A program made the translations under genes and the position numbers. The notes under the pieces were generated by a model. The model worked only from the letters and a program-made list of their open reading frames with translations, did no database searches and was not told the DNA's origin. Of a stretch of 64,000 nt of DNA, positions 26,520-41,146 are shown one piece after another (the first letter of the stretch is position 1; the number at the start of each line of letters is the position of its first letter). The stretch comes from Octopus vulgaris (Eukaryota): positions 89,404,001 through 89,468,000 of the forward strand of contig OX597817.1 in assembly GCA_951406725.2 (NCBI GenBank), written 5' to 3'.

Positions 26520-29230
26520 ATGAAAGGAAACGGATGGAGCCTCCTCCTCCTCATGGGCTGATTAATGATACATCTAGTGATGGTGTCAATAAAAACACTG
26601 GTAATTGCGCAACCTGATAATCGCTCCCTCATATGAGTGACAATGAAAAACAAAATATTGTGAATAATGATGGGAATGCAACTGAAGCCAATGATGGTGA
26701 CAGTGGTACAGCTGGTAGGCTCAGAGATTCTGGTCCGGCTCCAGCCTGTCGATATCCAGAAAGGGATCACCACACACGTCGTAGATGGAGCAAGCAAATT
26801 AATACTGTGGTCATGGAGTGTTACTACCTGAGTAGCCCGGTAGATGAAAATGGTTCTCAAATTAGGGTTTACCGACAACGTATGTATGATCATTGGAGAG
26901 AAAAGAGATTGTTTCAACTTACGGAACAGAGACTATGTGATCAAGCTAGAGTAATAAGAAAAATTGTTGGTTCACAGAAGTAGAGCTCGAAGCTATCAAA
27001 AGATGGGCCACGGAAAATAGCAGCAGAAATAACAACGAAAATATAGTTCTTACTAATAAAAGTTATCCCATAACACAGGAAAGGAGCAGTGGTAGTTTAC
27101 TTGATGAGAGACAAATAGATAATCTAAAAGAAGACAATAAAACTAATGGCGACATGACAGATGAACAAAAGGCAATCTACGACAGAATAAAAGAAAGGAC
27201 TACAGGAGAACGATAGCGGGGCGTTATTTACAACCTTAAAAAGGTTGATCGATGGAAATTGAACCAAGAAACGAAAAATTTCAATGAAATTCTGAAATAC
27301 ATCAGAACAAACAACATCACACAAACAAATAATTTGATCTAGGCAGCAAGTATTGTTGTTGCAGAAAACGTAGGTGTTGATGTCAAGAAAAAGAAACATA
27401 ATGGGAGTGACAAAAGAAAAGATCCGTGGTGGAAAAAAATAATCCAGGCAGGGTTAAACATGCTCTCGAAGGAAATCTCTGTGTTAGACCGAAAAGAGAA
27501 AGGGGAGCTTAAAAGCGAACAAAAATACAGGGCGCTGAAAATGAAGTTAAGGAAGTGGAAGAAATCAGCAAAAAAATGAGCAGCTGGAAGGTCCCGGGAC
27601 CAGATGGAGTCCAAGGCTACTGGATCAAAAGATTTGGTGAACGTCATGCACGAATAGCTGCGGAACTCAACACCTTGTTAAATGCCGACCGAGGAACACC
27701 AGAGTGGATGACATTGCGTAGGACAATGCTGTGCTTGAAAAACATCGAGAAAGGTAATACGGTAGACAATTACAGGCCGAAATCCTGTTTGCCACTTACA
27801 TGGAAGTTATTGACTGGAATACTCGCAGAGTCAATGTACGAATATCTGGAAAAAAATGATAAAGTCCTGCCAGAAGGGTTGCAAGCGTAAGTGCAGAGGT
27901 ACCAAGGATCAACTCCTGACAGACAAAACTGTACTTAGAAACTGCAAGAAGAGGAAAAGTAACTTAGCCATGTCATGGATCGACTATCGTAAGGCGTACG
28001 ATATGATCCCACATTCCTTGCATCGAATGTTGAGCGATTGCTTGGAAAAAGTATGGCGAATTGGAGGACGGGCATGACAGCATACAGAAGAAGTTTAGGG
28101 ACAGTAGAAATTAGGAGGTGCATCTGCTAAGGTAACAGCCTGTCCCCATTGATCTTTGTACTGTGTTTGATACCACTAACATTGACTCTGAGGAAAGCAA
28201 AAGCTGGATATGTATTCAAAAGTCACCTGCAAAAAGTCAACCATTTGTTATTCATGGATGACCTCAAACTTTATGGTAAAGATGAGGCCCAAGTCAGTTC
28301 CCTCGTTGATACGGTGTATACCTTCAGTACTAATATCAGAATGAAGGTTGAACTGAGAAAGTGTGGTGTCTTAGTCTTGAAGAGAGACAAAATCAAATGT
28401 ACGAATGAGCTAACGATACCGTCGAGTGAGGTTATGAAGCAGATACAAGAGACGGGCTATAAGTACTTGGGGATTTTGAAAATGGATAAATTGTTGGAGA
28501 AAGAAATGACAGAAAAATTTAAGGTGGAGTACTTGCGCAGACTGAGACTGATCCTTAAGTTGAAATTAAATGGACGGAATAAGATCGAAGCTATCAACAC
28601 CTGGGTGGTTTCACTCCTTAGATATGGAGGTGGGGTAATCGCATGGACAGTAGACAAACTAAGCAGCATAGACAGAAAGACAAGGAAGTTACTCACTAGA
28701 TATGGGTCACTCCACCCGAAAAGTGACACAGGCAGATTGTATGCACTAAGAAAAAGAGGGGGAAGAGGACATTGGATGCGAACACATCATTAGAGCAGAA
28801 GAAAACAATCTAGCATGATATGTAAAAAATACCACAGAAGTAAAAAGGTCAAGCTTGTGTAGGACGAAATATTGCAAAGATAAAGCACAATACAAGGAAT
28901 TGAAAACAAATGAAACTGAAAATAGGTGGGTAAAGAAAAGAATGCATGGTCAATTTCATAGAGATGTTAAAGATAAAACAGACAGAGAAAATGATGGCTG
29001 TGGATGACTAAAAGTGATTTAAACCGGAAACAGAGGCTCTAATCTGTGCTGCCCAAGAGCAAGCGCTAAGAACAAATTACATAAAATACAGAATAGACAA
29101 CACAACAGAAAGTGATAAGTGCAGAATCTGTGGACAAATCGGTGAAACTGTTTTGGCATATTAGCAGCCAATGTACACCACTAGCCCAGAAGGAATATAA
29201 GAGACGCCACTACAATATAACCAGGCACTG
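26520..29230 (+). mobile_element. R4/Dong-type element with 5' end, N-terminal region, RT and CCHC; internally deleted and lacking the RLE end
   Basis: RRRWSKQINTVVMECYY...YRQRMYDHW...TEQRLCDQARVIRK; [55 protein letters not shown]; CRICG; preceded by (AAT)n. Confidence 0.92.
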
Positions 29231-29399
29231 GAAGCATAAACAAGCGGGTTTGAAGAATATGACAGAGAAATTGGAATTGGCATGAGGGTAGAATATGCTA
29301 AAAAAAAAAAAAATGCTCTGTTGGTGACAACAAGAATTTTGGGATTGATTTGGGGGTTTTAATTTTTTTTTTTTAAATTTAAAAAAAAAAATGTATGTA

Positions 29400-29547
29400 T
29401 TAGACATTCACTAGTACAACACCAAAAAAACCCCAAATATATGGTACACTAGGCATAACAACAACGTGAACTTCCAACCTGTTGTCTCTTGAGGTCTCTG
29501 GGTGAGACTTGGAGCCAACTTGTACAGACATAAAGCAAAAGTCAAAC

Positions 29548-29550
<3 letters not shown>
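29400..29550 (+). mobile_element. Probable 3' UTR fragment of an R4/Dong-type element
   Basis: gtctcttgaggtctctgggtgagacttgg resembles the gccctaggacgctgggtgtgtctcgg motif in the 3' UTR at ~25720; ends at (AAT)n. Confidence 0.45.
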
Positions 29551-29600
<50 letters not shown>

Positions 29601-29601
29601 T

Positions 29602-29632
<31 letters not shown>

Positions 29633-29799
29633 AATAATAATAATGCTTTCTGTTTTGTTTATCAGCAGGAGAACAGGATGAAGCTGAAGAAAAGGAGGAA
29701 ACATTAGAAGTGGAAAATAGAAAACCGATTGGGTTTAGGCATCGAAATGAAGATGAGAAAGCATGTGCGGAAAACAATTGCATAAATACAAATGAAAAT

Positions 29800-30031
29800 G
29801 AAACGTGTCAATAATGGGGATAGCGTAAATTCATTGGGTTTCTTTCAATGACAAGAACAAGGGCCTTCTCCCAGTCCTATTCTCCAACCAACATCTGTGT
29901 GATGAGCCCATACTCACCACTCTTGTCTATTTTTCGGTAAATGTAATGGTGAGCAGGACATCACTCTCCACCTTCACTTTCCTCTTCAAGAGGAACTTCG
30001 AGAAATCGATGACGTCCTGGCCGAAGAGGAA
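29800..30031 (-). mobile_element. Tx1-type LINE C-terminal fragment
   Basis: Minus strand reads LFGQDVIDFSKFLLKRKVKVESDVL versus LSGQSLINFFKYHLKRKVRVERQVL in copy B. Confidence 0.75.
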
Positions 30032-30120
30032 AATATGTTTCCAGTTTTTTTTCCTTTATTTTCTCCTACATACAATCACTTTTGTTTTAGCTATCAGTCA
30101 ATTTTCATTAAGAAACAGTA

Positions 30121-30182
<62 letters not shown>

Positions 30183-30326
30183 ACGGTTGGCCGTGTCTTA
30201 CGATAGATTCAACTGATCGTTAGAAATTTTCTGTTCATGACAACAACTGACTTACGTAACTCCATATGTCAAAAATGACTTCGTGCAAATGGGTTACTTT
30301 ATTAGGCGCACATCACACAAATTTAA

Positions 30327-30327
<1 letters not shown>

Positions 30328-30399
<72 letters not shown>

Positions 30400-30403
30400 T
30401 ATA

Positions 30404-30435
<32 letters not shown>

Positions 30436-30438
30436 GTG

Positions 30439-30519
<81 letters not shown>

Positions 30520-30540
30520 TGTATGTATGTATGTATGTAT
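30328..30540. repeat. (TA)n/(ATGT)n microsatellite
   Basis: Directly visible. Confidence 0.95.
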
Positions 30541-30629
30541 TGGATAAAGGAGTTCTATAGATAAATTAAATCTGAAAAAACAAGGTGGAATAGTCATGAC
30601 TGGAACGCTTCTGAACGCTCTTCTAATCA

Positions 30630-31200
30630 ACCACTAACACCAATATGATAACCACAGCAACATCATCACCAACACCTACATCTCCATCATCATTACAATC
30701 ACAACCACCACCACCACCAACACCACCCCCATTAGCAACACCATCTTCACCAGCACCAGCACCACCACTACCACTACTTTGACAATTACATTGTCATAGT
30801 AATTATTACCACTAACACCACCACCACCGCCACCACCACCACAACCACCACCACCACCACCACCAATAACAACACCATCTTCACCATCACCACAACCACG
30901 AACATCATCTCCTCCCACTTCTCCCAGCAACTCACCGCATTACTAACATTTACAAGAACTTAAACACTTCCTCCGCCAAAACAACAATAACCAACAACAA
31001 TAGTATAAAAACTACAACTACCACCGTTATCACTTGCTTATTCATGCGCTTCAGCACCCATCACCACCACCACCACCAACACAGCGCCAAAAGAACAACA
31101 ACGCTAGCACTATAACCACCACCACCACCACCACCACCATCGTCACAACCACCGCCTCCAGTAACCTCAATCATCGCCACTAGCAGTAAGTCCACCATGA
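30630..31200. repeat. Degenerate (CAC/CAA)n low-complexity region
   Basis: Directly visible. Confidence 0.85.
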
Positions 31201-31369
31201 AGAAATGAAATAAAATTTAACATCTGTTTTGTAAATCTGATATTTCGGTTTGTCAATGAATATTGATGAGATTTCGCTAAAAGTACATCAGATATAGTCT
31301 GTGTAGATGTTATCATAGCATAGACAGAATAGTATCAGGTCGCGACACATTAAGTCTCACACCTAGTCA

Positions 31370-31405
<36 letters not shown>

Positions 31406-31408
<3 letters not shown>

Positions 31409-32560
31409 CTGGCAAAAGAAAGAACTGATGAACACGGATACAAAGACAAAAACAATATTGACAGTGTACAGAGCCTTCCACCCTAACAGTGACCCCGATA
31501 GGCTGTACTTTTCCAGAAGAAAGGGTGGGAGAGGTTTGATCAGTTGCCAGGATTTTTATCGAAGCAAAGGAAAACAGCTTAGGGTGGTGTGTAAATTATA
31601 CCGTGGAACCACTGTTGAAACAAATGAAGAAGGCCGGCGTCATCAAAATTGAAAATTGTGCAAAGAAAGTAAAACTTAAAGAGGAAAAGAACACACACAC
31701 ACAAAAAAAGAAACAAACAACATGGCAGGTCAGTTTGCAAGAGATACGAACGCCAAGACAGATACAGAAGCCCGGTGGCTATGGATGAGGCGAAATTACT
31801 TGAAAATAGAGACAGAAAAACTTATATGTGCAGCACAAGAACAAGCGTTAAGGACTAACTATGTGAAGTGCAAAATCGACAACACTGCCGAGAACGACAA
31901 ATGCAGAATGTGTGGTGAGAAGGGTGAAACAGTATGACACATCGTTAACGAATGCCCGAAACTGGCACAAGGCGAATATAAAAGATGACACGACAATGTG
32001 ACAAGGATGATCCATTGGGAGCTCTATAGAAATCACGGCCTACCAAGAGCATAGACATGGTATGAGAAAAGCCCAGAAGGAGTCACCGAGAATGAAGATT
32101 GCAAAATCCTGTGGTATGCAATGATTCAGTGCGATTACCTGACCAGACATCGGAAACCAGACATTGTTGTGGTGAATAAAAAAAAGAAAGAACTTGCATG
32201 ATAATCGACATAGCATGTCCCTGTAATAACAGGATGAAAGAGAAAGAAGAAAACTGAACATCTACGACGATTTGAAGTGGGAAATACGAAAGTTGTGGTC
32301 AATGAGGAGAATAGACGTGATACCAATAGTAATTGGTGCAGTTGGAGGTATCAGCACTCATCTACCAACATGACTCAAAAAGATTGGTACAAATATAAAG
32401 ATAGAACACCTTCAAAAATCAACATTGCTGGGAACTGCAAGAATTCTTTGTAGGGTTCTTGAAGCATGACCAGTAAACAAATGACACCTTAGTCTGCTGG
32501 CTGTAGACAGCTGACGCTTTCCATCATACCCAGCAAAATAAGCTGAGAGTTTTCATCAAA
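31406..32560 (+). mobile_element. R4/Dong-type 3' half, degenerate, with 3' UTR
   Basis: RLYFSRRKGGRGL, ETEKLICAAQEQALRTN, CRMCGEKGETV.HI..EC, KPDIVVV, GTARIL; preceded by (AAT)n and ends at aatagtaataat. Confidence 0.9.
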
Positions 32561-32574
32561 TAGTAATAATGATT

Positions 32575-32990
32575 CTTTCTACGAAAGGTACACGGCCTGA
32601 AACCTTCAGAAAGGGGTTTAATCGATTACATCAATCCCAGTACTTGACTGGTACTTATTTTATCGAACTCCCACAAGGATGAAAGGCAAAGACTTGTAGA
32701 ACGTAAAGACGGAGGAAATGCCGTTATGCATTTTGCAAGCGTGCTAACGATTCTGCCAACTCGCTGCCTTAATAATAATAATAATGATGATGATGATGAT
32801 GATGATGATGATAAATGGCCAAAAGGTTTTTAGCGGAACAGGCTAAACCGATTAAATCGACCCCAATCTTATCGACTCCAAAAGGATGAAAGGCTAAGTT
32901 CACTAAGGCGGGATTTGAACTCAGAATGTAAATCGCCAGATCATATGCCCCTAAGCAATTTTCCGACATAATGTTTCTACCAGCTTGCCT
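32575..32990 (-). mobile_element. Two degenerate family A SINE copies (32575-32770, ~32825-32990)
   Basis: ctggtacttattttatcga...ggatgaaaggc...gtgctaacgattctgccaactcgc; ggatttgaactcagaa. Confidence 0.75.
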
Positions 32991-32997
32991 ACAATTC

Positions 32998-34480
32998 CTT
33001 TTATTTGCTCAAGGGCATCGGATGAAAGAGATAACAAAAATGCAGGTTATACATAATGTGGGACATAAACTGCAATGAGGGCCGAAAACAAGAGAGTTGT
33101 CATAAAAAGTATACATAATGTACAAATCTATAAATAATGGACGATGTAGTTCCCCTGATACAGGAGGCCTTCCAACTAGAGCAAATCAAAAAGTAACCCG
33201 ATTCCAAAATTCCCTGACTACCAAAGGCGTGCTCGCTCTCTCGCTCTCTTTCTCTCTTAAGTCTACTTCTTCAGCTTAGAGGAGCATCCTTTGAGAAGTT
33301 CCATCTATTCTGCCTATTTTCGAAACAGTCCCCATTAAATTTGTAGAAGTAGATAATTTTCTTCTCCATTTTACCTTCTTTTTCAAGAGAACTTGAAAAA
33401 GTCAGTGAAATCTCTTTCACCGTAGCCATCAGACATTCAAGGAGGACGTTGAACTGATCTTTATAAGTTACTCTGTCAATAATAGCCGGATTCACTCTAC
33501 ACACAACATGAGCTATTCGACGTTAACTTCACTATTCAGCAACTCTGTGACACTGAACAAGTTGAGCAGAACTGTTTCGTCGCTCTACGAGCATCCTGAC
33601 ACCTCTATATATTGCTGACGTAGAGCTTCCACTAAGTGCATGAACCAACAAGTAGAAGGCGAAAAGTACTTGACGACGTACCAGATATCAAGCGCCTAAA
33701 TTATAATCTTTTTATGACCTAGGACTGCAGCTCCATCAAAGAGACGAACCGCAGAGAAATGTACCTTACAAAGAGAGACCACACCTGCTCGCCGTCCAGG
33801 AATCTTTGTAGGGGGTGCAGTATCAGAACTTGTCTGTACTTTAACAGCCAGGACATAGTGAGCTTTCTTTATAAAAGGCATTGATAGTTAGTGGAACACA
33901 TCCTTTGCACAAAGAGAAGAGCAGATGCTCCGATCAGATCAGGCGGGAACCGAAGCAAAGCACAAAAAGAGTGGCAAACAATAACGAAGTTTTTGTAGGT
34001 ATTCGCCACCTCTGCTTGACTTTCAGGGAAAGCTTCCTTTTGACCTATTTCTGAGTCAGACTAGTCATCCTGTTCGTAACTTCACCCTAATTCCTGTTCT
34101 TTTGGGGACCCAGACAGAATCAGAACCCAAGCAATTTAACTGGTCCATCCGTCCGTCCAGCTCTCTACGCCACCATCTGACAGTATGGGCTTTCCGCTCC
34201 AGGTGCCTAACTGTAAACTCACCAACTTGACCAGATTTATCTATAATCCTACCACAATCTCGTACTCCTTTAGAATGCTACCGCCCACCTCCACTTTCGT
34301 AGTGACGCCATCTGTGTACGCCAAGAAAGTCTTCCTGCTTCCTAGCTCAGAAGAGACGCCCTTTAACAGTTTTAGCTTCCGCAGTAATGGCTCCCGAGCC
34401 AAGGCATTTAGTGGAGACAAGATATCATCCTTGGCAGACCAAGTACTTCATATGCAACCACTCCAAGAGTCGGTCGTTTA
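32998..34480 (-). mobile_element. Old 5'-truncated Tx1-type LINE (copy C)
   Basis: Minus strand reads EPLLRKLKLLKGVSSELGSRKTFLAYTDGVT...LQLGTWSGKP, matching EPLLRKLATLRGIPRELG...SAYADDVT...LRLGTWRSKP of copy B; 3' end gcccttgagcaaataaaag. Confidence 0.8.
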
Positions 34481-35818
34481 CTCCGACAAATAAAGAAATA
34501 AAGATACAAGAAAGACATTTTGTTGGTATGTGAAGAACATTTTCATATCCATAATGTTGGTCAGTCAACCCAATAAGTATTTCTACTAAATACATCAGTA
34601 GACTTATCACATAATTCCCGTCTATGAGCTTAGAAATTCGCTACATCAATTACTTTTCAAGAAACTTATCACCACAGTAACAAGTACGTTCCTAACGGAT
34701 CAAATCACACAGCAGATTCCTTTCATATCAAGCATAAGAAGTTCAAGAAAAGATTCACCGAAGGATAACAAACGAAGTACTTTCTGTCCTCGAATTAAGG
34801 ACGTTTGAGTTGTTATCCTACTTACAACTGTTTGTCTTTCAAGCTGCTATTTTATTCCAGCATTATAAGATAATCTTACGGTGACCTTGTTGAATTCTGT
34901 TATACTGTCGTCAAAGCTGTGCTCTTTCTAACGTTATCAACAACTTGTTTATAATTGTATTAACTAAAAACATAAAGAATCCTAACGACGATTGACTATC
35001 GTTTGTTTTACATACCCACACACTCACACTCGCAGACACGCGCGCATACACCTCATATTTAGATTCAGCTAATCATAAGCTTGGGTGTTCTGTATTTTGT
35101 AGCATAAATATCAATAAATCTTATTTTGAGTTATATCGTGTTCTCAAAATTTTAGACTATTTAAAATGAGTTAATTCGAGTTTGAAGACTCATCCAATCA
35201 GAACAGTTTTCTATTTTATATTATTAGGTAGTGGATTCTTTGATGAGCGTGTAAGATTTTCTTTTTCAGCAAGATATGATAAATACTATGAATGAAGCTA
35301 GTATTTCAACTATACATACATAAATACATACATACATACGCGAGTGCGTATACACACACGTGCACGATTGTGAGCCGTAAGGAGAGAAGGCCAAAATCTG
35401 AGTTAGCTACTCAATCCGGAGAAGGTGGTATCATCCAGTTCGACAATAGAAATTTGTCTGCATTTGGTAAACATTTTGGATCTGGAATTAGGTAGTGTGG
35501 TGGAATTATTGGCCCCCAAAATAATGTCATCTTTCTACCTGCATCTCTTTGATCCATTTATATGTAGCGTAGATTTCCCTGTAATTCTCCCCTTACTGTA
35601 TGTGGTAGTTGGTCTTTAGATACCATACATAGCTGGCCAACATAGTGGAAAGAAGATAGCCAAGACCTTGAAGCTTGCCCGCTTGATCAAGCCTGGTCGA
35701 TAAACTCAGTTGTTTATGAAGCCGAAATTTCGGCAATGATTCGAGAAGAAAAATTAGGCAATTTTAAATGCTCTTATGCAAAACCACGTAGATTGCCAGT
35801 TTTTCTTTTGAGTGTGTT

Positions 35819-35887
<69 letters not shown>

Positions 35888-36040
35888 ACATATGTATGTA
35901 TGTACAGTCATATTTAACATGTTCGTGTATATTCGGACACAGAATCATTAGAGCGTCGAACAAAATGCTTTTGGCATTTAGTTATAGATGCTGTCCTCTA
36001 TGTTCAAATCTCACTGAAGCCAATTTTGTAATAGAATTTT

Positions 36041-36089
<49 letters not shown>

Positions 36090-36491
36090 CACGCACACAC
36101 ATTCACACGCGCGTGCGTATAAGGAGAGACAGACAGTGAGACAACGAGAAAGAAAAAGGTTTCCTTATGTCTGGAAAGAGTGGAATTGAGCTCCTCTTGC
36201 GTGTATTAGTTTATGTGTGTAGGTGTGTGTGAGATAACGTGGAAGTGCATATTAATGTCCGTAGGCATGTGTGTGTGAATGCGTGCGTGTGTGAGCGTGT
36301 GCGCAGCGTGTTTGTGTATGCTAGCGTTTGCGTGTGTGTATGTGTGTAAATTTGTTTACTTTCTGAGCGACCTCGTCTAGTGCAGCTGTTCTTAACGCTA
36401 ATACTTCCTCCTACTCTCATTTCCCTTTGACTTTATTACTCGTTCATTTTATCTCACCCACTTACTTTCTCTCTCTCCTGTCTGTGTCCAC

Positions 36492-36688
<197 letters not shown>

Positions 36689-37146
36689 TGTTTCTGTGTA
36701 TGCCTGTATGTAATTATTACAGTGTCACATGCTTAAGTAGAGGTTAACATACTTAATGCAATATTGTCTCAATGTTTAATTAATTAAAATTACTGCCGTA
36801 ATGAAGGGAAAACTCATTAACTTTAATATTACACTACATGACAAAATTTGCAGTATTTACTTATGATTTTTTTCACCTTGTATTACAAATTAGTGCAATG
36901 CAAAAACTAATTTTGGTTTTTCTAATATTAAACGTTGCTGTTCTTTTTGGAATAAACCTTTATTTCACTATGCTCGTGCTATATATCATTATGGAGTGCA
37001 GATTTTGATCTAACGGTTCCTGGTAGTGTTTTGCTTTCACTAGTTATTTGGGTTTATTTCTGGTTAACAGATTTAAGGTGAAAAATAAGGAAACGGAGGA
37101 TTGGAACTTTTTATATCTATTTATTTTTTATTTATTATTATTATTA

Positions 37147-37232
<86 letters not shown>

Positions 37233-37254
37233 TATTTGTTTATTTATTTTTAAA

Positions 37255-38157
37255 TTTTTGTAAGAATTCAAAACGGAACTCAGACAGATGAAACTGTTCG
37301 CAAAATCAACCAAGCATTTAGCCAGGAAACCGTCAACGAACATTGGTTCCAAAAATTTCATAATGGAAATTAAATATTGAAGATGTGGATCTTTCACTAA
37401 TAGGGAGTGTAAGAAGAGCTGATTGAAAATAATCATAAAAAATAACTCGCCATTATAGTTTGCTTTACGCATTTTTACGCATCTGAAACGAGTCATTTCT
37501 TCATAGCATTGTAACACCTGACGAAAATAGATTCTATTAACCGTTCTGCAGTGGCTGGATGGAGTTGAAGCTCTAAAACACCTTCTTATGCCGAATTTGC
37601 ATCAAAAGAAAATTATCGCCTCAAGTAGTCTGTAGATGAAATGATATTTCTAATATTTTTAATATCTTGAATCCTGGCAAAGTCTTCCCAACAGAAGTAT
37701 GTTCCCAGGAAATCGACATAATGCACCAAGAGCTGCATCGTTTACGACCAGCATTGGTCAATCGAAAAGGATCAATTCTTCTTCTTATGTATCGCATATA
37801 ACTCTGTGCAGTTAGTTCAATTTCTCAGTAGGAGAGAGGTCTTAGATAGGACTTTGTGCAATTCGTTCAATTTCTATAAAGTCTTATCTAACCCAAACCT
37901 CTTTCCCACCAACCACAGTTTTTTTCAAGCATTACGATAACCTCTACAAAAGAATGGCTTCGGTTTAAGTATTCATCAATTGCTGGATTCCAGAATTTTA
38001 TTTGTGCTTCCGAAATAAAGAGATTTGTTTCTTGTAAGCAAAAACTTGAGATTCCAATTATTATGATTTCGGTTAATGAAAATTATTCCAGGCTGAGATA
38101 TATATTGCTTTTAAAATAACGATTAAAATCTTCAGTTATTTTGGTAACGACCTGATA
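37255..38157 (+). mobile_element. Degenerate mariner transposon remnant
   Basis: Frameshifted mariner-like pieces: RKINQAF, WFQKFHNG, PNLHQKK, LVNRKGSILL, FFKHYDNL; 3' end aaaatcttcagttattttggtaacgacctgata resembles a mariner TIR. Confidence 0.65.
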
Positions 38158-39429
38158 TTAAATCAAGTTCTAAAAATGGCATTAGTTTTTTTCTTTTTTT
38201 TAAAATCGTCAACTGATACAAAATTACACTTATAATTCCGTTTCATATTTTTAAAAGTTTCTTACATTGAAGTGAATAGCCTTTTCATCTACATATCTAA
38301 AACATTTCTATTTCAAACTGTTTTGCAGACTTGTGAATCATAACTTTTTAGAATATAGCAAGTAAAGAAGGCAAAACTCACCAGATAGATTCTGTTATAT
38401 TTGCAGATATTATGTTGAGTTCAGAAGCGAATCCCTAATTTGATAGGTTCCTCGCTTGCTCTAACTCTGCAACCCTTGTTACATCTTCAAACATTGCCAG
38501 TTTTAGTCTTTTTTTATCATGAATTCCACAGGAAGTGCACTGATGAACTTCCTCTGTTAACTCCAGACTACTTCGTGCCATCTCGTTTAACTCGAAACTC
38601 ATATCGTCTTCATTCAAATGCTGCTCTGTTCCCACGAACATGGAAGTCTTTCTGCGGTAGTAACTTTTCTTCTTGAATTGCCAGACTGGAACTCTCTCCC
38701 ATCTCATTGTTGTCCTCCTTCTTATGACCTGAACACTTTCAAGTCCAAAACAAATACATTCCTTTCGTCTTAATTTCTTCTTGATAGTTCTTTACACTAA
38801 GTGGCTTCTCGCCCTGTTTGCGACTTTCTTATTAAAAAAATCAAGAAGATATAAAATTTTCGGTAGTTTGAAATTCTAAATAGCTTATAGACCAAAAGAA
38901 GCTTTGAACCCATCATGCAATGCATGAAATATGTGAATCTACCATAGAAGAGTAGCTAAAAAGTGCAAGATAGAATACTCTTTGCTATTCCCAGAATATG
39001 GAGAATGCTGAAGGCTTACTACAGTGACTACGATGTTTGCATACCTGATATTACAGAGTCCAGGAAGAATAAAGAAAGACAAACTCTTCAGTATCCAAAC
39101 ACATTGAAACACACTGTCTTCTGTAGCACCTGTTCCTCATGCCGAAAGCTTACCAATATTACAACCTCTAACAAATCTAATTAATTTTACTTGTAACTAC
39201 ATCACTAGGAAAATAGTCCTCTGAGTTTCTAAGGACCTGTAAGTTGAGTTTACAAGGTTTAAATAACTAAAACTACTACTAGTAGTTTTCAGCAACTATT
39301 AAGTTACTATCATATTTTGGTTATAGTTACAAAAGTCATAGTATTGTATAGTTATTACATACGAAATATAATACAGCTACTTCTGCATCTGAAGAGTCAG
39401 CAAACAGTAGCAGCCGAGAAATAGAAGAA

Positions 39430-40340
39430 GCATTCGTACCAAGAATAAGATTGCATGTGCTGACTAATAGAGGATGGCCGTAGGAATACTATGTCCTGGA
39501 AAAGGCGTGCAGAATTTGCTATTTATTTTGAAATTAGTGGAAATCTGCCTTATCATAAAAGACGTGACTGTTTTGTTTACTGCTGTTGAGCTGAAATATA
39601 ACCTCATGGAAATGGCAATTGTTCATAGCTTAACTCAAAACCTCAAAGCAGTTTTTCTTTGCAATGGAAACTGATATCAATCTTTGCATCTTGCACACTC
39701 GATATAAATGAAAGAAATCTATGAAAATATTGAACGGCTACTTGTCAAAATCAACAATGCAGAATTTAAGTGAGATATGTGCGGAAATTTCCAGATGCTA
39801 AGTCTTTATGCTTTATTTACGAAATATTTATGGTTTCTTTTTAAGGGATAGCGGTGTTGTTGATGATTATTACTAGAAAATTCACTGCCCTTCCTACCAC
39901 GTCAGGAATTGCGGCTAGAAAAGCTAAATGTTGTAAGGAGTCCTGTTATGGAACATGAAAATGTTTTGTTAACCCCACAACATCGAGATTAGTAATTCTG
40001 GCTGGTGGGCCTTAGATTTCAGAACAGAAGCTTCTTAAGGGAAAACCGGTCAACCAACTTCTATTTCCTGAAGCCTCTCGATGCCAAAGCAAAGCAAGAT
40101 ATATTTATTAGAAACCAAGGACCCAGTATCATAGCTTACTGAAAGTTATAAAGACTTAGATTGTTGCAAGTCTCTACGAGTGAATTCTTTTTCAACGATG
40201 AATTAGGAGACATCAGTGACCAGCACAATGGAAGGTTTCATCAAAACATTACAACAATCGGGGAAAGGTAGCAAAGCCAACTGGATACTATCGTGATAAA
40301 AGACTAGATATGGTCTCTGATTAAAAAAATTGATTGCGTT
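39430..40340 (+). pseudogene. DNA-transposase remnant, Chapaev3/Transib-related (CMC)
   Basis: WQLFI, NLKAVFLCNGN*YQSLHLAHSI*MKEIYENIERLLVKI, *DMCGNFQML, ENVLLTPQH, LSDAKAKQDIFI-like, LGDISDQHNGRFHQNI. Confidence 0.65.
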
Positions 40341-41042
40341 CACAAAAGTGAAATGCAATCCTGAAAGCACTTTTAATTTTAAAGTGTTTCATATTATTTT
40401 ATTTGTTGGATACTTTTATCTGGAAAATTTTAAGCAAATTAAACATAAAATTCCATGTTAGTCAATTATTTTGCATACTAAATACATTTATTAAGAAATG
40501 TTTGAGTAAATTGAACGGGAAATTGATTTATTTTCTTCTTTATACACGAATCAAAGTCATGGCAACAGCTAGCCCTAGGTGAAGGTTGCATTTTATGACG
40601 ATTAAATATAAAACTAAAGATATTTTCCAAAATATTGATGACAGGCGAAAGCAGGCGAAGGTAGGCGAAGACAAGAGAAAAAAGATGAGGACAGGTGGAT
40701 ACAGGCGGAGACTAAAAATAATTTTGAGTGCAATGCAAAACTATGTACATAGGATACAACAAAAAACACATAAACAAAATATTTGTAATTACGTATAATT
40801 TCTGTAAACATTGTTAGAGGAAAAAAATCAGAAACCCAAATTGACTGAAAACTTAATGGGGAAACTGAAAAGCGTGGGTTTGATCTTTGATGAGTTTATG
40901 ACTGAAAGAGGTATGAGCACATCAGGCACAACATGAAATATAACTAATAAGGTGCAGTTTATTCGGACTTTATAAAGACGTATTTAACTCTACCATTGAA
41001 ATTAAAATACTTTTTCCCCACGCTTGTAAATCCAGTCATAGT

Positions 41043-41109
41043 GTATGTATGTATGTATGTATGTATGTATGTATGTATGTATGTATGTATGTATGTATGT
41101 ATGTATGTA

Positions 41110-41146
<37 letters not shown>

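Noticed and set aside
38382-38728. Minus-strand exon candidate (AG acceptor, GTGAGT donor, 90-aa ORF)
   Set aside because: The frames examined hit stops before the donor and the acceptor is weak; the peptide faintly resembles a Tigger transposase tail but not enough to call
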